64,000 nucleotides of DNA from Vicugna vicugna (taxonomy: Eukaryota), in contig MU058584.1 of NCBI GenBank assembly GCA_013265495.1, positions 780,616 through 844,615 on the forward strand, given 5' to 3'. A program made the translations under genes and the position numbers. Each line of letters starts with the position of its first letter. The stretch's first letter is position 1. The notes beneath the pieces were generated by a model that worked only from the letters and a program-made list of their open reading frames with translations, was not told where the DNA came from and did no database searches. Of the stretch, positions 63,726 to 64,000 are shown one piece after another.

Positions 63726-64000
63726 CCCACCCCACATGCCTCTGTGTGGCTTTATTTTGCAAAAGAGCTCTAGACCCAGAGTCAGGAGGCCCATGTTCGG
63801 GTCCCAGGACTACTATTCACTTGCTGTGTGGCCTTGGGAGAGTGGCTTCTTCCAGTTCTAAAAGTCTTTGAGGCTTTGGCTCTGAATCACTTAACTTTTT
63901 CTGGCCCGGTTTCCTCTCCTATTTAAAGGGGACATCCCGTACTCTCTTTCTTCCAACCTTCTGTTGGACAAGCGATGACAAAATACCTTTCTCTTTGACG

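Overview
Mammalian genomic DNA, most likely camelid (inferred from two tRNA-derived SINEs resembling the camelid Vic-1 family). The window holds about 22 kb of repeat-rich upstream DNA, then the promoter and first two non-coding exons of DDR2 (discoidin domain receptor 2) on the + strand. Exon 1 is about 22601-22767 and exon 2 about 38584-38727. I identified them from my recollection of the human DDR2 5'UTR, supported by GTAAGT donors at the expected positions. The ATG-containing exon is not in the window. No host protein-coding exon is supported: the recognisable protein-like ORFs are LINE-1 remnants and the rest look like chance ORFs. The remainder is L1, L2, MIR, SINE, LTR (MER21/77-, MLT- and LTR33-like) and hAT-type repeats. 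I see no clearly new biological system. The best leads are an exon-spanning uORF in the DDR2 leader with an apparently frame-preserving acceptor shift, a young twin-primed inverted L1 with a very large internal deletion, an L1 apparently polyadenylated inside ORF2, candidate alternative 5'UTR exons and a 40-bp spacerless palindrome. Repeat subfamily names are from memory and were not checked against a database.
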